From assembly GCF_963853765.1 (NCBI RefSeq), contig NC_088857.1, positions 40,424,001 through 40,488,000 of the forward strand: a stretch of DNA of 64,000 bases. Direction: 5' to 3'. Position 1 is the first letter of the stretch. Each line of letters opens with the position of its first letter. The translations under genes and the position numbers were made by a program. Shown in pieces: positions 40,022 through 52,036 of this stretch. Under the pieces are notes generated by a model, which was not told where the DNA came from, made no database searches, and worked only from the letters and a program-made list of their open reading frames with translations. This DNA comes from Magallana gigas (lineage: Eukaryota).

Positions 40022-40094
40022 ACTCGTCTGCTTCCTTTATCCGCTGTATCAGAAATCAAAATTTAACAGTAAAACATTTGCGGACGAATACTGT

Positions 40095-40670
40095 TATTTT
40101 CAGGTCCGACTGCACTTATATAAACCTGTTCGGTCTTCCATAGTTAGGAGGGCCAGAGAACATATCTCCCAAGATCCTGAATTTAATACAAACACAAAAA
40201 CACACAGGAATATCATTTGGAAAGGTGTTTCAGGCCTGCGGTGGTGTAAACTTTTGTCGACAATCCAAGAATTGCAAGTTAAGTACCCAGTGCCAAATCT
40301 TTTAGTCATTCATAGTGGGGAAAATGACATAGCAGATATTTCATTGTCAGGTCTGCAAAAGTTTATGAATTGTACCTTTAGGGAAATTTTTGAATCATAC
40401 CACACTACACGCATTGTATAGTTCAAAATTTTACCTAGGTCTTGTTGGAGGTATGCTATCTCAAACATCTCCGCAGAAATTTCGATAAAACGCATTAACA
40501 GCTCAATTGCTACTTTTGTGCGTACTCATGGTGGGGCATCGATTAAATATCTAGAAATTTCAGCCTGTCACTCCACCTTAATTATGCCGGATGGAGTGCA
40601 TCTTACAAAATAAGGCAATTTTCATTATTTCACCACATTACAGAATGCATTAAAACAGTTCATTCAAAAT
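40095..40670 (+). pseudogene. SGNH/GDSL-hydrolase-like ORF of a DIRS/Ngaro-type YR retrotransposon, with stops
   Basis: SSIVRRA (block I), WKGVSGLRW (II), VIHSGEND (III), ILPRSCWR, KRINSSI and DGVHL (V), with premature stops at 40419-40421 and ~40611. It is preceded by SSASFIRCIR, resembling the YR C-terminal 'S.AF..YIR'. Confidence 0.8.
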
Positions 40671-41316
40671 GGTTCAAACAAATTCCCTAGTTTATAACTA
40701 TATAAATATGATATTTTCACAACTTCTGTGATTGGTATTTTTGTTTACTTGAGGCTTAGTATCATGCGTACATTTGGTTTGTGGATTGGCATGGTCATTG
40801 ATTTTAATTGTCGCAAATTTGGTATTTTTATTGTACAAGTATGTGCACACCAAGTCGGCAGACCTCTGATTTGGAGGGAAATTGATAGATTTTAATTAAT
40901 CCCATATTTGGCATCTCTGTGTTTTGCTTTTAAGTAATAGTCTTTTTGTAATAATTAACTCGTAATAACGGGATTTTTTTTTGTAATTACGAGATATTTA
41001 ATCCGTAATAACGAGATTTTTTTCTCGTATTTACGAGATCTTTTCTCGTAATTACAAGATAAAAATATTTTTTTATGTGGCCCTATTCGTCTTTTGTACA
41101 TTATATTTAGTCAACGTTTATTTTAACTATTGAATCAGTAGTTGATGGATATATAAATATCCAACTGTCATAAGTTGGATGTTTAAATATCCAGCAGTGC
41201 ATATACCAAATAAAAAAATGTTGAAATGTTTTTCCAACATAAATCTATAACTATCTCTTTATTTAGCCATTACATAAAATTGTACAATACACAGATCATC
41301 TCGATAACCCACAATA

Positions 41317-44300
41317 ATGCTGATGGAGCGTGAAATATATACTCCTGTTGATACCGAGGTATTCTTTAGTGATCTTGTGACTATTCTTTTAGACTCCGCG
41401 GTCCTTTTTATACATCACCCTGGTTTCAACCCATACAGCGTCTGGGCTGAACTAGAGATGTCAAAGAACTACTCACTAAAGAAAGACGACCTCGTCAAAT
41501 CTGGATCTCGGAAGTACGCCTAGGGGATGATACACGAATCATACCGCAGTTATAAACACGCTTAGAGACAATTTCGGACTGCACTAGACACGGAATACGA
41601 GAGCCACATGAAAGACGTATATCGCAAATAGAACACAGCAGCTGAGTGTATGGTGTCCGGATAGGGCCATTTGCGTTAGCGCGACATCGCGTTTAGATAA
41701 ACGAGACATCGCGCTAACACACAACATGCCGTCGCGCTAACGCAACTTTGCACAACACGCCGTCGCGCTAACACACAACACGCCGTCGCGCTAACGCAAC
41801 TTTGCACAACACGCCGTCGCGCTAACACACAACACGCCGTCGCGCTAACACAACTTTGCACAACATGCCATCGCGCTAACACACAACACACTATCGCGCT
41901 AACACAAAACACGCCGTCACGCTAACACAACTTTGCACAACACGCCGTCCCGCTAACACAACTTTGCACAACACGCCGTCGCGCTAACGCAACTTTGCAA
42001 GTTTCACAGTCTAGTAGGAAGTCGTGTCCGGAAATATTAGACTGCGCATGCTGAAAATTGTAGGCCAGCATGCAAGCATGGATGAAAAATAAATAAAATG
42101 TACTTTGAAATACATGTATTATTTTCAATTATTATCAATACATATGAATAGAAATATAGTCTGTTGTGTGTTGCAAAGTTGTGTAAGCGAGACGGCGTGT
42201 TTTGTGTTAGCGCGACGGCGTGTTGTGCAAAGTTGCGTTAGCGCGACGGCGTGTTGTGCAAAGTTGCGTTAGCGCGACGGCGTGTTGTGCAAAGTTGCGT
42301 TAGCGCGACGGCGTGTTGTGTGTTAGCGCGATGTCTCGTTTATCTGAACGCGATGTCGCGCTAACGCAAATGGCCCTATCCGGACACCATATGAGTGTGG
42401 CATACGCTTGTTCTGGGAACTAGGAAAAAAGCAGAAAAGGAGAACATTACGCACGTATTCCGAAATTCACGGTGACGATGGTGCTATCTTTAAAGATCCT
42501 GAAAGTTAGCTGAAGCCCTCGCAATGCACTACGAAAAAAATATACACTCCCTCTAAAAATGACACCTTTTATGAACACTTCCGCAAGTCCATCGGAAGAA
42601 AGTAGAAACACATAAAGGTAACGTGTACTAAAGTTTGTGGTAATATCCCCAGTGGACCGATATTTATGACTATAGATATTCTCTCACCTGTTGTTAAAAA
42701 AATCCCCAGGCTCGGATAGGATAACAAACAAACAAATCATCTTCGGGGGTGGGGGAAGTACTTACAATGAAGCGCATTGAAGTGGTAAAAGTTTTCGTTT
42801 GAATGGAGTGTCCTACACTTTGTATCGAACGTCAATTGTTACATAAGACACGCCAATTTCTTTTATAACGAGGAAAACAGTATTCGTAACAATGCTTTCG
42901 GAACCGCTCATCTTCTAAACAACACTAGCAGGGCTGCGGAGCCTGGAAATGTGGACACAAGCTGAATCCCGATATTTCTCCGTATATGTTTTCCGTGCCC
43001 CGTGCATATCCTCAGTCCCCTCACCATGCTGCAAGCACAGCAAAAAATGCAGAAGAAGAACGTAGCATATATGGTGTGAAAAAAACCCCCATTTCTTTAT
43101 TCACAATACAGTACATGTAACAGAAAGTTCAAAACACAAATAAATTTGTTACTAAAAATATTCTTGACTCTTTATTTTGAACAATTTATTTATTTATTTT
43201 CACCGTTTCTGAACATAGTTGGAAAGAAAATAGTGTGTTTTGTGTGTTTTTGTGTATAATGCACGTGTGTGAAATTCCTGCCTTTGCTGTTTAGAAGAGT
43301 GGCGGTTCTGAGAGCATTGTGACGAATACTGTTTTCCTCGTTTCAAAACAAATAGGCGTATGTATGTAACAATTGACGTTCGATACAAAGTTTAGAACAT
43401 TCCATTGGAACGAAAAATTTTACCACTTCAATGCGCTTCATTGTATATCCATTGTTAAACTTTTAATGCAATCATTTACATGGGAAAATACCCCTGATAT
43501 GGAAACAACGACGCATAGTTCTTTTGTATATGAAGGGTTGACAAAACAAACTTCTAGAAAAAAAGAAGCCACAGACCAATTGCACCGCTCTCATGTTTTT
43601 TTTAAAGTTAAATGTTCTTAGTAGTAGAATAATATGTTTACTGTCTATAATTTAGAGCAAGGGAGTAATGTCTTTGAAGTTTTTAAGACAACTTAAAAGC
43701 ATTTGACACTGTCTGAAGACATTGTCTTCTTTTCAAGTTGTTCAACTTAGGTGTTACTGGCAAGTTTTGGACAATTATTAATGACTGTCATAGTGATAAT
43801 CTAGTTCTATTGTTGTTAACCAAACTAGACTTTGACTTGTGCGTGCACGGAGTTGAAATTGCATATGATATCGGACATACATTTACAAAATAGATACATC
43901 GACACACCGTATTGTTATGTTGACATTTACATAACCAAGCTTTAAGCCTACAATAATGCTATGAATTTCACTACTCTCTGCTTAGTTAGATAATATAACT
44001 GTGTCTCGGGACAGGCATTCACCACAGTCTAAATGCCTCCCATATACCCGTAGAGTAGCAAAAAATCGCAGAATCACTCCGAAACGATTTTTGAGAAAAT
44101 TAAAGAGGCTGCATTGAAAATAACAGTCAAATTATTCATAACAAACCATTTTGTTATCTAAAAATTTAAAATTAAATGAAGAATTCAACACTTTTTCACC
44201 AACTTTTTTACTTACTTCAAAACACACCATGTTGACATTCGGAACTCTCGATATTTTTCATAATAAATGCACTTACAGTTATCTCCTGTATTTTCTTTGA

Positions 44301-45760
44301 TGAACAGAATAAATAGCAAATTCTCAATGAAAATTTACACGCATTGGTATAAACGTTTTTGAGCTTATACATGCAAAAGTGATATTGTGGAGACATCCAC
44401 TAAAGAGCCTCCCGTGATTTAGCGTGAATGTAATGCGCATGCGCAAGATTGTAAAATGAAAAAAAAAATCAGATGATATCCGGATTTTTAAAATGAATTT
44501 TCGTTGGTTATTTATTAGCGAAGGTTGATTGAGAAAAAATAAAATCAAACTGGTAATCTTCAAGTACCAATGATGTTTAAAATATATAAAACAAAAGACA
44601 GTATTCTTCCGATGTCTCGGTATTAAAGCTCAAAAATTCGAGTCTATTATTTTAATAAGGTAGTATAGATACAGTCAAACTGTTTCGCAAGGCGTACGAC
44701 AAGGTAGACTGTTATCCCAATTTGTGTATTTAGTGTTTATTAATGATTTAGTTTATAGCATAGAGCAACTTTACACATTAACAAAGTTACTAAACGTTAC
44801 GTATATATAACTGTACTTTACTGGCTGATGACATATCATGAATTGCTTGAACACCAAACTCTCTACATAATATGTTGGATGTTGCAAATACTTATTCCAG
44901 AAAATGGCAATTTAAATTTAATACCAACAATTCCAGTATTCTACCGTTCTGTTCGAAAGGAAATCAGCTTAGATAAGGTCACATATGGACTCTAGGAGAT
45001 ATTCCTGTACAATGTTCAGACTCTTTCACCCATCTAGGCCTAATCATCAACAGTAAATGTTCCTTGTCAGAACGGATAAAATCCGCTTGCAGGAAAGACA
45101 GAAATCATTCTATGCCCTCACAGACATTCTTAATCCTTTAATGTTAGTCAGCTTATACAATCCGATGTCCTTCCTTTTGTTTTGAACTGCTGCGAACTCT
45201 GGAACAATTTGCCATTGATTGCCAATGCCTTCAAGTTTTCCAGCTTTCTATCTGTAAATCGGCGCAGAACCTCCCAAGTCGAACAATATCCGACATGTGT
45301 GATAGCTTTCTATTTCTACAGAAATATACACAAGAAAACATCTGTTCTTCGGACTATTATACAGGATTTCCTACCAAATTCTTCAAAACCAATTTTCTTG
45401 TAAGACTGTTTTCCTACTTTGAGGGATTGGGAAAGAGTCAAGACGGATTCATTCCAGATATCGATGTCCTAAATTTGATGAATATGATCTCCTGACTTAC
45501 TTGTATCAGTTGGTTGAGAGCGGCCCCTTTCCATAAATACTATTCTGGAAAAACATTGCAAGATCTACAACTATCAGAGTTCACAGAGACCTGCGACCTA
45601 TACCGGATGTCTAATAACATAGACTTTTCTCGATCTCTGGCAGTCTTCAGTGAACATAACCATTCCTACTTCCTAACGAGCACCGAGGAACTGCTACGAG
45701 ATCTATGGCATGTCAAACGTTGCAATATTCGATCTTTTCCGTGAAAACGGCTTCAAATAA
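41317..45760 (+). mobile_element. Fragmented non-LTR retrotransposon (LINE) ORF2 fossil, interrupted by later insertions (approximate limits)
   Basis: AAEC..RLFWELGKK (41635-42430), KSPGSDRIT (~42700), GVRQGRLLSQFVYLVFINDL (44691), LADD catalytic motif (44821), YSRKWQFKFN and CCELWNNL. Many stops and frameshifts. Confidence 0.85.
41649..42391. mobile_element. Foldback-type element with long TIRs built from 20/30-bp tandem repeats, inserted in the LINE
   Basis: Perfect termini TATGGTGTCCGGATAGGGCCATTTGCGTTAGCGCGACATCGCG / its reverse complement; arms of CACAACACGCCGTCGCGCTAAC units; ~160-bp unique spacer; flanking direct repeat TGAGTG (6 bp; 7 bp under an alternative boundary). Confidence 0.9.
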
Positions 45761-46349
45761 CGTATGAAAATGGCGTACATTATACTGACCACATCACAAT
45801 AGAAGATTATAAAATTTTGACATGTTTTATAAAAACTGTAAATATTCATATCTAAAAAGTCAATTACAAAGTATGGACTATTTTTACACTGGGTCGTGCG
45901 TTCTTTCCACGACCTTTTGATGTATTAAATATTTAGTACAATTTTATGGAAGACATTTAAAACCGTTTAGTTTGATTTGCAATTTTATGACAAACATTTC
46001 AAATACAATAAGTATATATAAACCTATTAAAAATGACAAATACGCGATAGTCCACGAACTTTTTGAATAATCATTCTTTTACACATGTAAAATTGTTTTG
46101 TGACCACCAAGATACATTGAAAAACAAGGACAATTATATTTATCATATAAGTAGATCGTTAGTAAATCACGAACTGTTCAAAGTTCAAAGTTAGATTAAG
46201 GTGTGTAACAAATGAACGGGTTTGGAAACAGCACACTGATGTTGCATAATTCAGTTGATCAAAAATTTAAACCCACAACTAAATGATTTAAATAAACTAC
46301 TTTGAACAACAAAATTTTCCATAATTTAGAACTTGGTAATGACGGTCCT

Positions 46350-49035
46350 TCACCACTCTTGGGAACCCGTCCCAGTGATTGGTGTCATTTCGTCGCATTC
46401 TTCCTCTTTCCGACGCCTCCGCCTGACCCACAAATAGCTTCCCACAATCAGGATTACAAGTCCTATTGCCACCCCTACCCCGAGTCCAATAACCAACGGT
46501 TTGATCGGCGTATCATCAGGGACGGACTGTTGACTAGCCACTATTACATTCGGTATATCCGTGTCGTTCTGTGGCGCTTTTGTTGCAGGTACTATATCTT
46601 CTTTTATGGTGTTATTGAAATACATTGATTTTGTTGTTGATCGAACTGGCCTTGTTGTTGAATTTACTGACAGTGTCGTCTTTGAGCGTGATGTTGACGA
46701 AGATGTGGGGTTGGATGGTGTAGTTGTCGCTCTGTGTGTAGAGTAATGGGATATTTCTGAAGAGACGGATTGTGTTGTACTAGTTATTTCTGAAGTTGTA
46801 GAATCCGTCGATCTCGTAACAGTGGTTGATTGTATGCTGGGTATAGAGGATGTTTTAACAGAGACTGCTGTGGTAGTCTGTATCTCGGTTGTTGTGGGAG
46901 ACGATGCTGTAGTTCGTCTTTGTGGTTTCTGTGTAGAGCTTGGTGGAAATGTCGTTGTTCTTTTTGGTGTAGGCGTAAGTATGGTGGTGCTTTGTGTTGT
47001 TATAATTGTTCCTTTATTGGTGGTAGCGGTGGGTTTCTCTGTGACTGTTGTTTTTTCACTCGGTTTCACAGTGGTCAAAGTGGTGTCGTGTTCTGTGGAT
47101 TTAGCTTCTGTACTCAGTTCTGTAGTGGTTAATGTAGTGAGTTTTTCTGTGGTTTTGGATCCTCTACTCGGTTTTGCAGTGGTCAATGTTATAAGTTGTT
47201 CCGTCGTTTCTGTTCTTTTTCTGGATCTTAAGGTTGTCGATGGGATCGATTGTTCTGTAGTTTTTGCTTTTGTGCTCGGTTGTTCTATAGTTTTTGTCTC
47301 TTGTTTTGGTCCTGGAGTGGTATAGGTGGTTTGATCCTCTGTCGTTTGCGTTAGTCTTGTAGGTTCTGTATTAATATGCGTGATGGTTTCAGTGGTATCT
47401 GTGTCTGTATTTGATCCTGTTGTAGTAATGTTGATATACTGTTCAGTGGTCACCCTTAATTCTGTTGTGACCAGCGATTTTGTTGTTGAATTTTTCTCTA
47501 CTATATTTGGCTTCAGAACTGTAGTTGAGTCAGTCTTTGCTGGATGACTTGTACTGACTTTTGATTTCCTTTTTGTAGCGACAGAAAACGAATGTGTTGG
47601 AACTTGGGTTTTAGAATATAATTCTGTGAACTCAGATAATGTTGTGTCTGAAAAATGTCCCGTTCGATGAGAGGGTTTTTTTGTTATTGCCGTAGACATC
47701 GCAGCAGTTGGCCTGTTGTTGTCTGTTGTTGGATTGGCTGTGTTGCTTGTCTCAGCCGTCGGTCTCGATTGGTAGCTACTGGGTTCTGTTTCCGTGCTAA
47801 CAGCTGTTGTTACGAACGGAACTGTTGTTGCTTCAGTGGAAATATTATCTACAGATATATAAAACATAAAAGATATTGAGTTTTAATTTTTTTTACGACA
47901 AGTGGTCGATAGTTACAATACTCAATTTTCAAAATCTAGTGTAAACAATATAAACAATTAAAAGAATTCATTCTCCTGATTTAATAATTATTATCAAGAT
48001 ATTACTTCAACACTGTTTATTGTAGTAGTCTAAAAAACCATGAGTTCATGAGTACTACTCCATGACTCAACATATGGTCAATTATAAAATACAAGTGTGG
48101 TCCAAAACAAAGTTTATATTATTATAAATATGTTGAGAACGTACCATTTGTACAGTTTATAAGCGATCAATTTTATGAAAGTAAGGGATGGAAATTATTT
48201 CATACAACAGAGCAATATTTATCCAAACGTAAACTATTTTCAAAAAATCAAATACCAATTTGGTCAGGACGATCTAGTCGTGTAATCACATTCTAACACT
48301 CACAAACACATTTGGGCGCTTCGTCACTCCATTGTGACCCATCACAATAAATCTTATCCTTTCCCACTAGAATTAAGCCTGGTTTGCAAGAAAATTCCAG
48401 AAATCCACGCTTCAAACTTTCGGTAACCAGAAGATCTGTGCTAAAATTTTGTGTCGGACATTTTCTTCCAGGTGCTGAAAAGAAACGACCCCGTCAATAG
48501 AATATATGTAGATGTTTTGTTTCTTTTCAACATTTTTCAAATTTACTGTATTTATCCCTTTATACGCTTACCTACACATATAGGAACTGGTAAGTTCCAA
48601 AAATCCTTAATACATAGTGCTATTTTCGCTCCAGCACGCTTGAAACTTTTATTGCAACGGAATCTCGCGACCTGGCCTCTGCTTCTAATTTTAACTTTAC
48701 CATTTTTCAGTTTTGGCTTTTCACATTTATATTTTTGTCCTGAAATTAAATTGTAACATTTGCTAAAGAAAACAATTTTTATTAATGTATGTAAAATACA
48801 GATGATATCGTTTACGAAAAAGAACGCGACTCTTGAGATTGGTTTTTGTCTGTGTACATTGTGCGTAACTCAATATATTCGAATTTTTTTACATTGCTGT
48901 CTATCAATAAAATAAATTCTGTATCTTTATCTACGAAAAAAGAAATAATAAATCAACAAGTAACCTCATCTTACCTTCAGAAAACTCGGCCGCCAGATAA
49001 ACGGTCAGAATAATTAGAAAATAAGGGATTTTCAT
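46350..49035 (-). CDS. Sushi/CCP-mucin-TM single-pass protein, paralog 2; exons 48975-49035, 48572-48739, 46350-47848; 575 aa
   Basis: Signal MKIPYFLIILTVYLAAEFSEG, one 4-Cys CCP domain, ~430-aa Thr/Ser stalk, TM LVIGLGVGVAIGLVILIVGSYLWV, RRRRRK stop-transfer, short tail. All junctions are GT-AG, phase 1. Confidence 0.88.
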
Positions 49036-49585
49036 GCTAGTATTTATACGTTGTAACTTCTTGGGAGGAAAAGAAATCAAAGTACGGCCAAACTAAGTAC
49101 ATAAGAGGAAGTAACTCATTAGTCTTCCCAGTGCATGGGGGATCAGTGTGTAAGAGGTTGGCGTCTTGACATCGCTTCGTTTTGTCGCTAATTAGCCCCC
49201 TACTCTCGGGTTGCAGTAGAAATGAGATGATCTGAAATACAAACATTGTTTGTGGCTTGTGACAGGACTAATCTGCCTTCAACCCATTCTCACGGGGTCC
49301 TGTTTAAGGGAGTTGAAGATCAATCTAAAGTATTACTAAAACATACTTCTCTTTATTAAATAGCCGGCGACTTCAATTAAAGGAATGGAATTAGATGATA
49401 TATTAATTTGTTATACCCCTGTAAAACAGTTACTATATAACTCTATACGAAAAAAAGTCCAGCATTTTGACTGTTGGACTGGAACTGTTAGATAGAACTG
49501 TTAAAATCGACTGTTAAAAAAGACTGTTGACCGGTGACGTCACATTCCGGGAAAACGTGTTATTGATTAGAAGGGGTATAACAAA

Positions 49586-49727
49586 ACAGTTGTTGACTGT
49601 GTCTCGGGCAACAGTTGATCTGTCGGACCGGCTCGCAAACTGTTGCCCGCGGCCTTCGGCCTTGGGCAACAGTTTGCGAGCCGGTCCGACAGATCAACTG
49701 TTGCCCTCGACCCCAGTCAACAACTGT
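49586..49727. mobile_element. ~140-bp palindromic element with central GGCC-TTC-GGCC hairpin (Crypton/Eulor-like architecture)
   Basis: Arms GGGCAACAGTTGATCTGTCGGACCGGCTCGCAAACTGTTGCCC are exactly mirrored around GCGGCCTTCGGCCTT. The family assignment is inferred. Confidence 0.7.
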
Positions 49728-52036
49728 ATACTGGTGGATATTCCTGATTTTAATGCACCCTTAAGCTCACCAAAATGAGCATACATTTTAAACAATAGAA
49801 AATTTTTCAATGCCTTTAGATAATCTAAATCCAGAAAAATCAAACCTATTTTAATTGTCTTTCTAAACTAGAGTGAGAAGACATTTTATTGAATCGACAC
49901 TACACTGTATTCTGTTGGTGGATCGATTGGTGCGTTTGCTGAATTATACTTTATGCACTATTTTATGTCTGGAAAAATATTAAATGAAACTTTGAAGTTG
50001 CATATTACTATAGTGATCAAACAAACATCCTTGACCAGACAAATTCGATGGAAAAAATTAAATGATTTAAAGCGTGCCAGTGTTTTACAGTGAGCACATT
50101 TGACAACATCTACCTAGATAGAACCCACTTGAATATTTAAATTCATTCATTGCGTAGGTTCAACATGGGTCACACAGGTAATAGCTCTCGCTTGCTACAG
50201 GAGAAACCTTGAAATTTTCATACATTTTTCACTTCTTTATTACCAGCCTAATGTTGTACAAACTTTTCTTTTCACGGGAGTTTTTAAATGCATAATTCGT
50301 CTTATGTCTTTTCCACAAGTTTGTACACGGTTAGGCTGACGGCTAATTAAGTCCCTGTCACACTGTCACGATTTTTACTACGATTGCCCACGAATTACTA
50401 AAAGATAAAAAATCGCACTGAATCGCCAGGTCAATCTGGCGATTATTCTACAAACGGTGCTTTTTTCGAATTAGTACGACTCGACTACGATGTCTGGTCG
50501 ACGATGTACGCTGTCTGTGCGATAACACGACTAGCTGTCATGTACAGATTTTTATTCTCAATAATATAAATTTTGTAAAGGACAATACCATAAAATGCGC
50601 ATTTATTTTAAAATATTTCGATTTCAAATGGTTACTACTATATGGTTTTATATAGCTTAATCATTTAAAAAGGATCTTTAATTTACAAAATTTATGCACA
50701 TCCTGCAGAGCTATATTTTGTCGCGACTTTACATTTGCATCCGCAACGAATAGCCCAGGGGGTCTATTCACAAAAAGTCGTACGTCTACGATTACACCTT
50801 AAACTTACGTCAAACGTACGTTTACGTTTATGGTGCTATTCACAAAAGCTGTCGTAAGATAATAACGTTGTCGTACGTCTGTTACAGTCGTAAGTGCGTC
50901 TAAGTTCTTAGTTACCGACAATGCTCATGCGCAGTTGGCATTGTGGAAAAATGACGTCACGCTGTATTTTCGCTCATTTACATTCGCGGAACTTTTATAG
51001 CGCCTTTGAGCACAGATGTATATAACGAAGTCACTTCTTTTCTTCCCATACGCCTATTTTAATGTATGTATGTTTACAATTATCGACAGAAAGAAAATCC
51101 ACATGTGCCTGACGTTAAAAATATTTCTTATGTACATGTATTATAATAAAATATTTCCCTGTTTTATAATAGTGTTATTATATTCCTGGGAATAATTTTG
51201 TTGTGAAAAGAAAATTTTTGAACGTCAGACGCATGTGAGAAAATCCAAGTTCTGTATGAAATTTATGTCATGTTTTAACTTACAAAAATCTACTGCAGAA
51301 TTTGTTTGTAATAAAACATGGCATTTTTAAAATACTGTCAAAAACACTTTGAGTTTATCGCTACATGTACATTCTTTTAAATATGCCGGTTTATTTTGTC
51401 TGTTTCGGTGATAATAAAGTTACTAAGTATTATTACCCAGGTCGGCGTGTCCATTGATAATTTTCCTTTCGATATTGTGAATTTTTTAAAGGTCGTCTGA
51501 AGAATAAATGTAATATTTCTTTCATATTTTTTCTGTAGAAAAGTCAATAAGAAGTTATTTAGTTTATGACTATCATTAGATTTTTATTAAAAATATGACC
51601 TAACATGATGAATTTTTGTGCATAATTAATTAACTCTTGAGATCATGCTTCATTGTATTAATATTTGGTGGTTGAATATTTGGACCTTGTTGTGAGCTGA
51701 AGCTCACAATAGGAAAACAAACATGCAAAGGTATAAATATTTCGGTCTTTTTAATAAGTTTAAAAGTTGTTTCAAAGAAAAAAAAGGTTAGACACAAGTT
51801 TCTTAAAGGCTGGGTCTACCTTAAATAATTAAATTTTTTAGGGGGACCAGACGGACCCCCCCCCCCCCGATCCATGCATGATATGTAGTACGCTGATTAC
51901 ATTACATACTGATATTTTATTAGTGTGTATGCATATGACTACTGTTTAACTGATTTAATGCATTTGTAGGAATAAAAGAAAACGCCTATAGTATCAAATA
52001 ATTTTCGTAGTTTTAACTAATACTGATTCGATATAC

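Noticed and set aside
41676-42128. Cys-rich repetitive ORFs (CCVLARRRVVQSC)
   Set aside because: Translations of the foldback element's tandem repeats.
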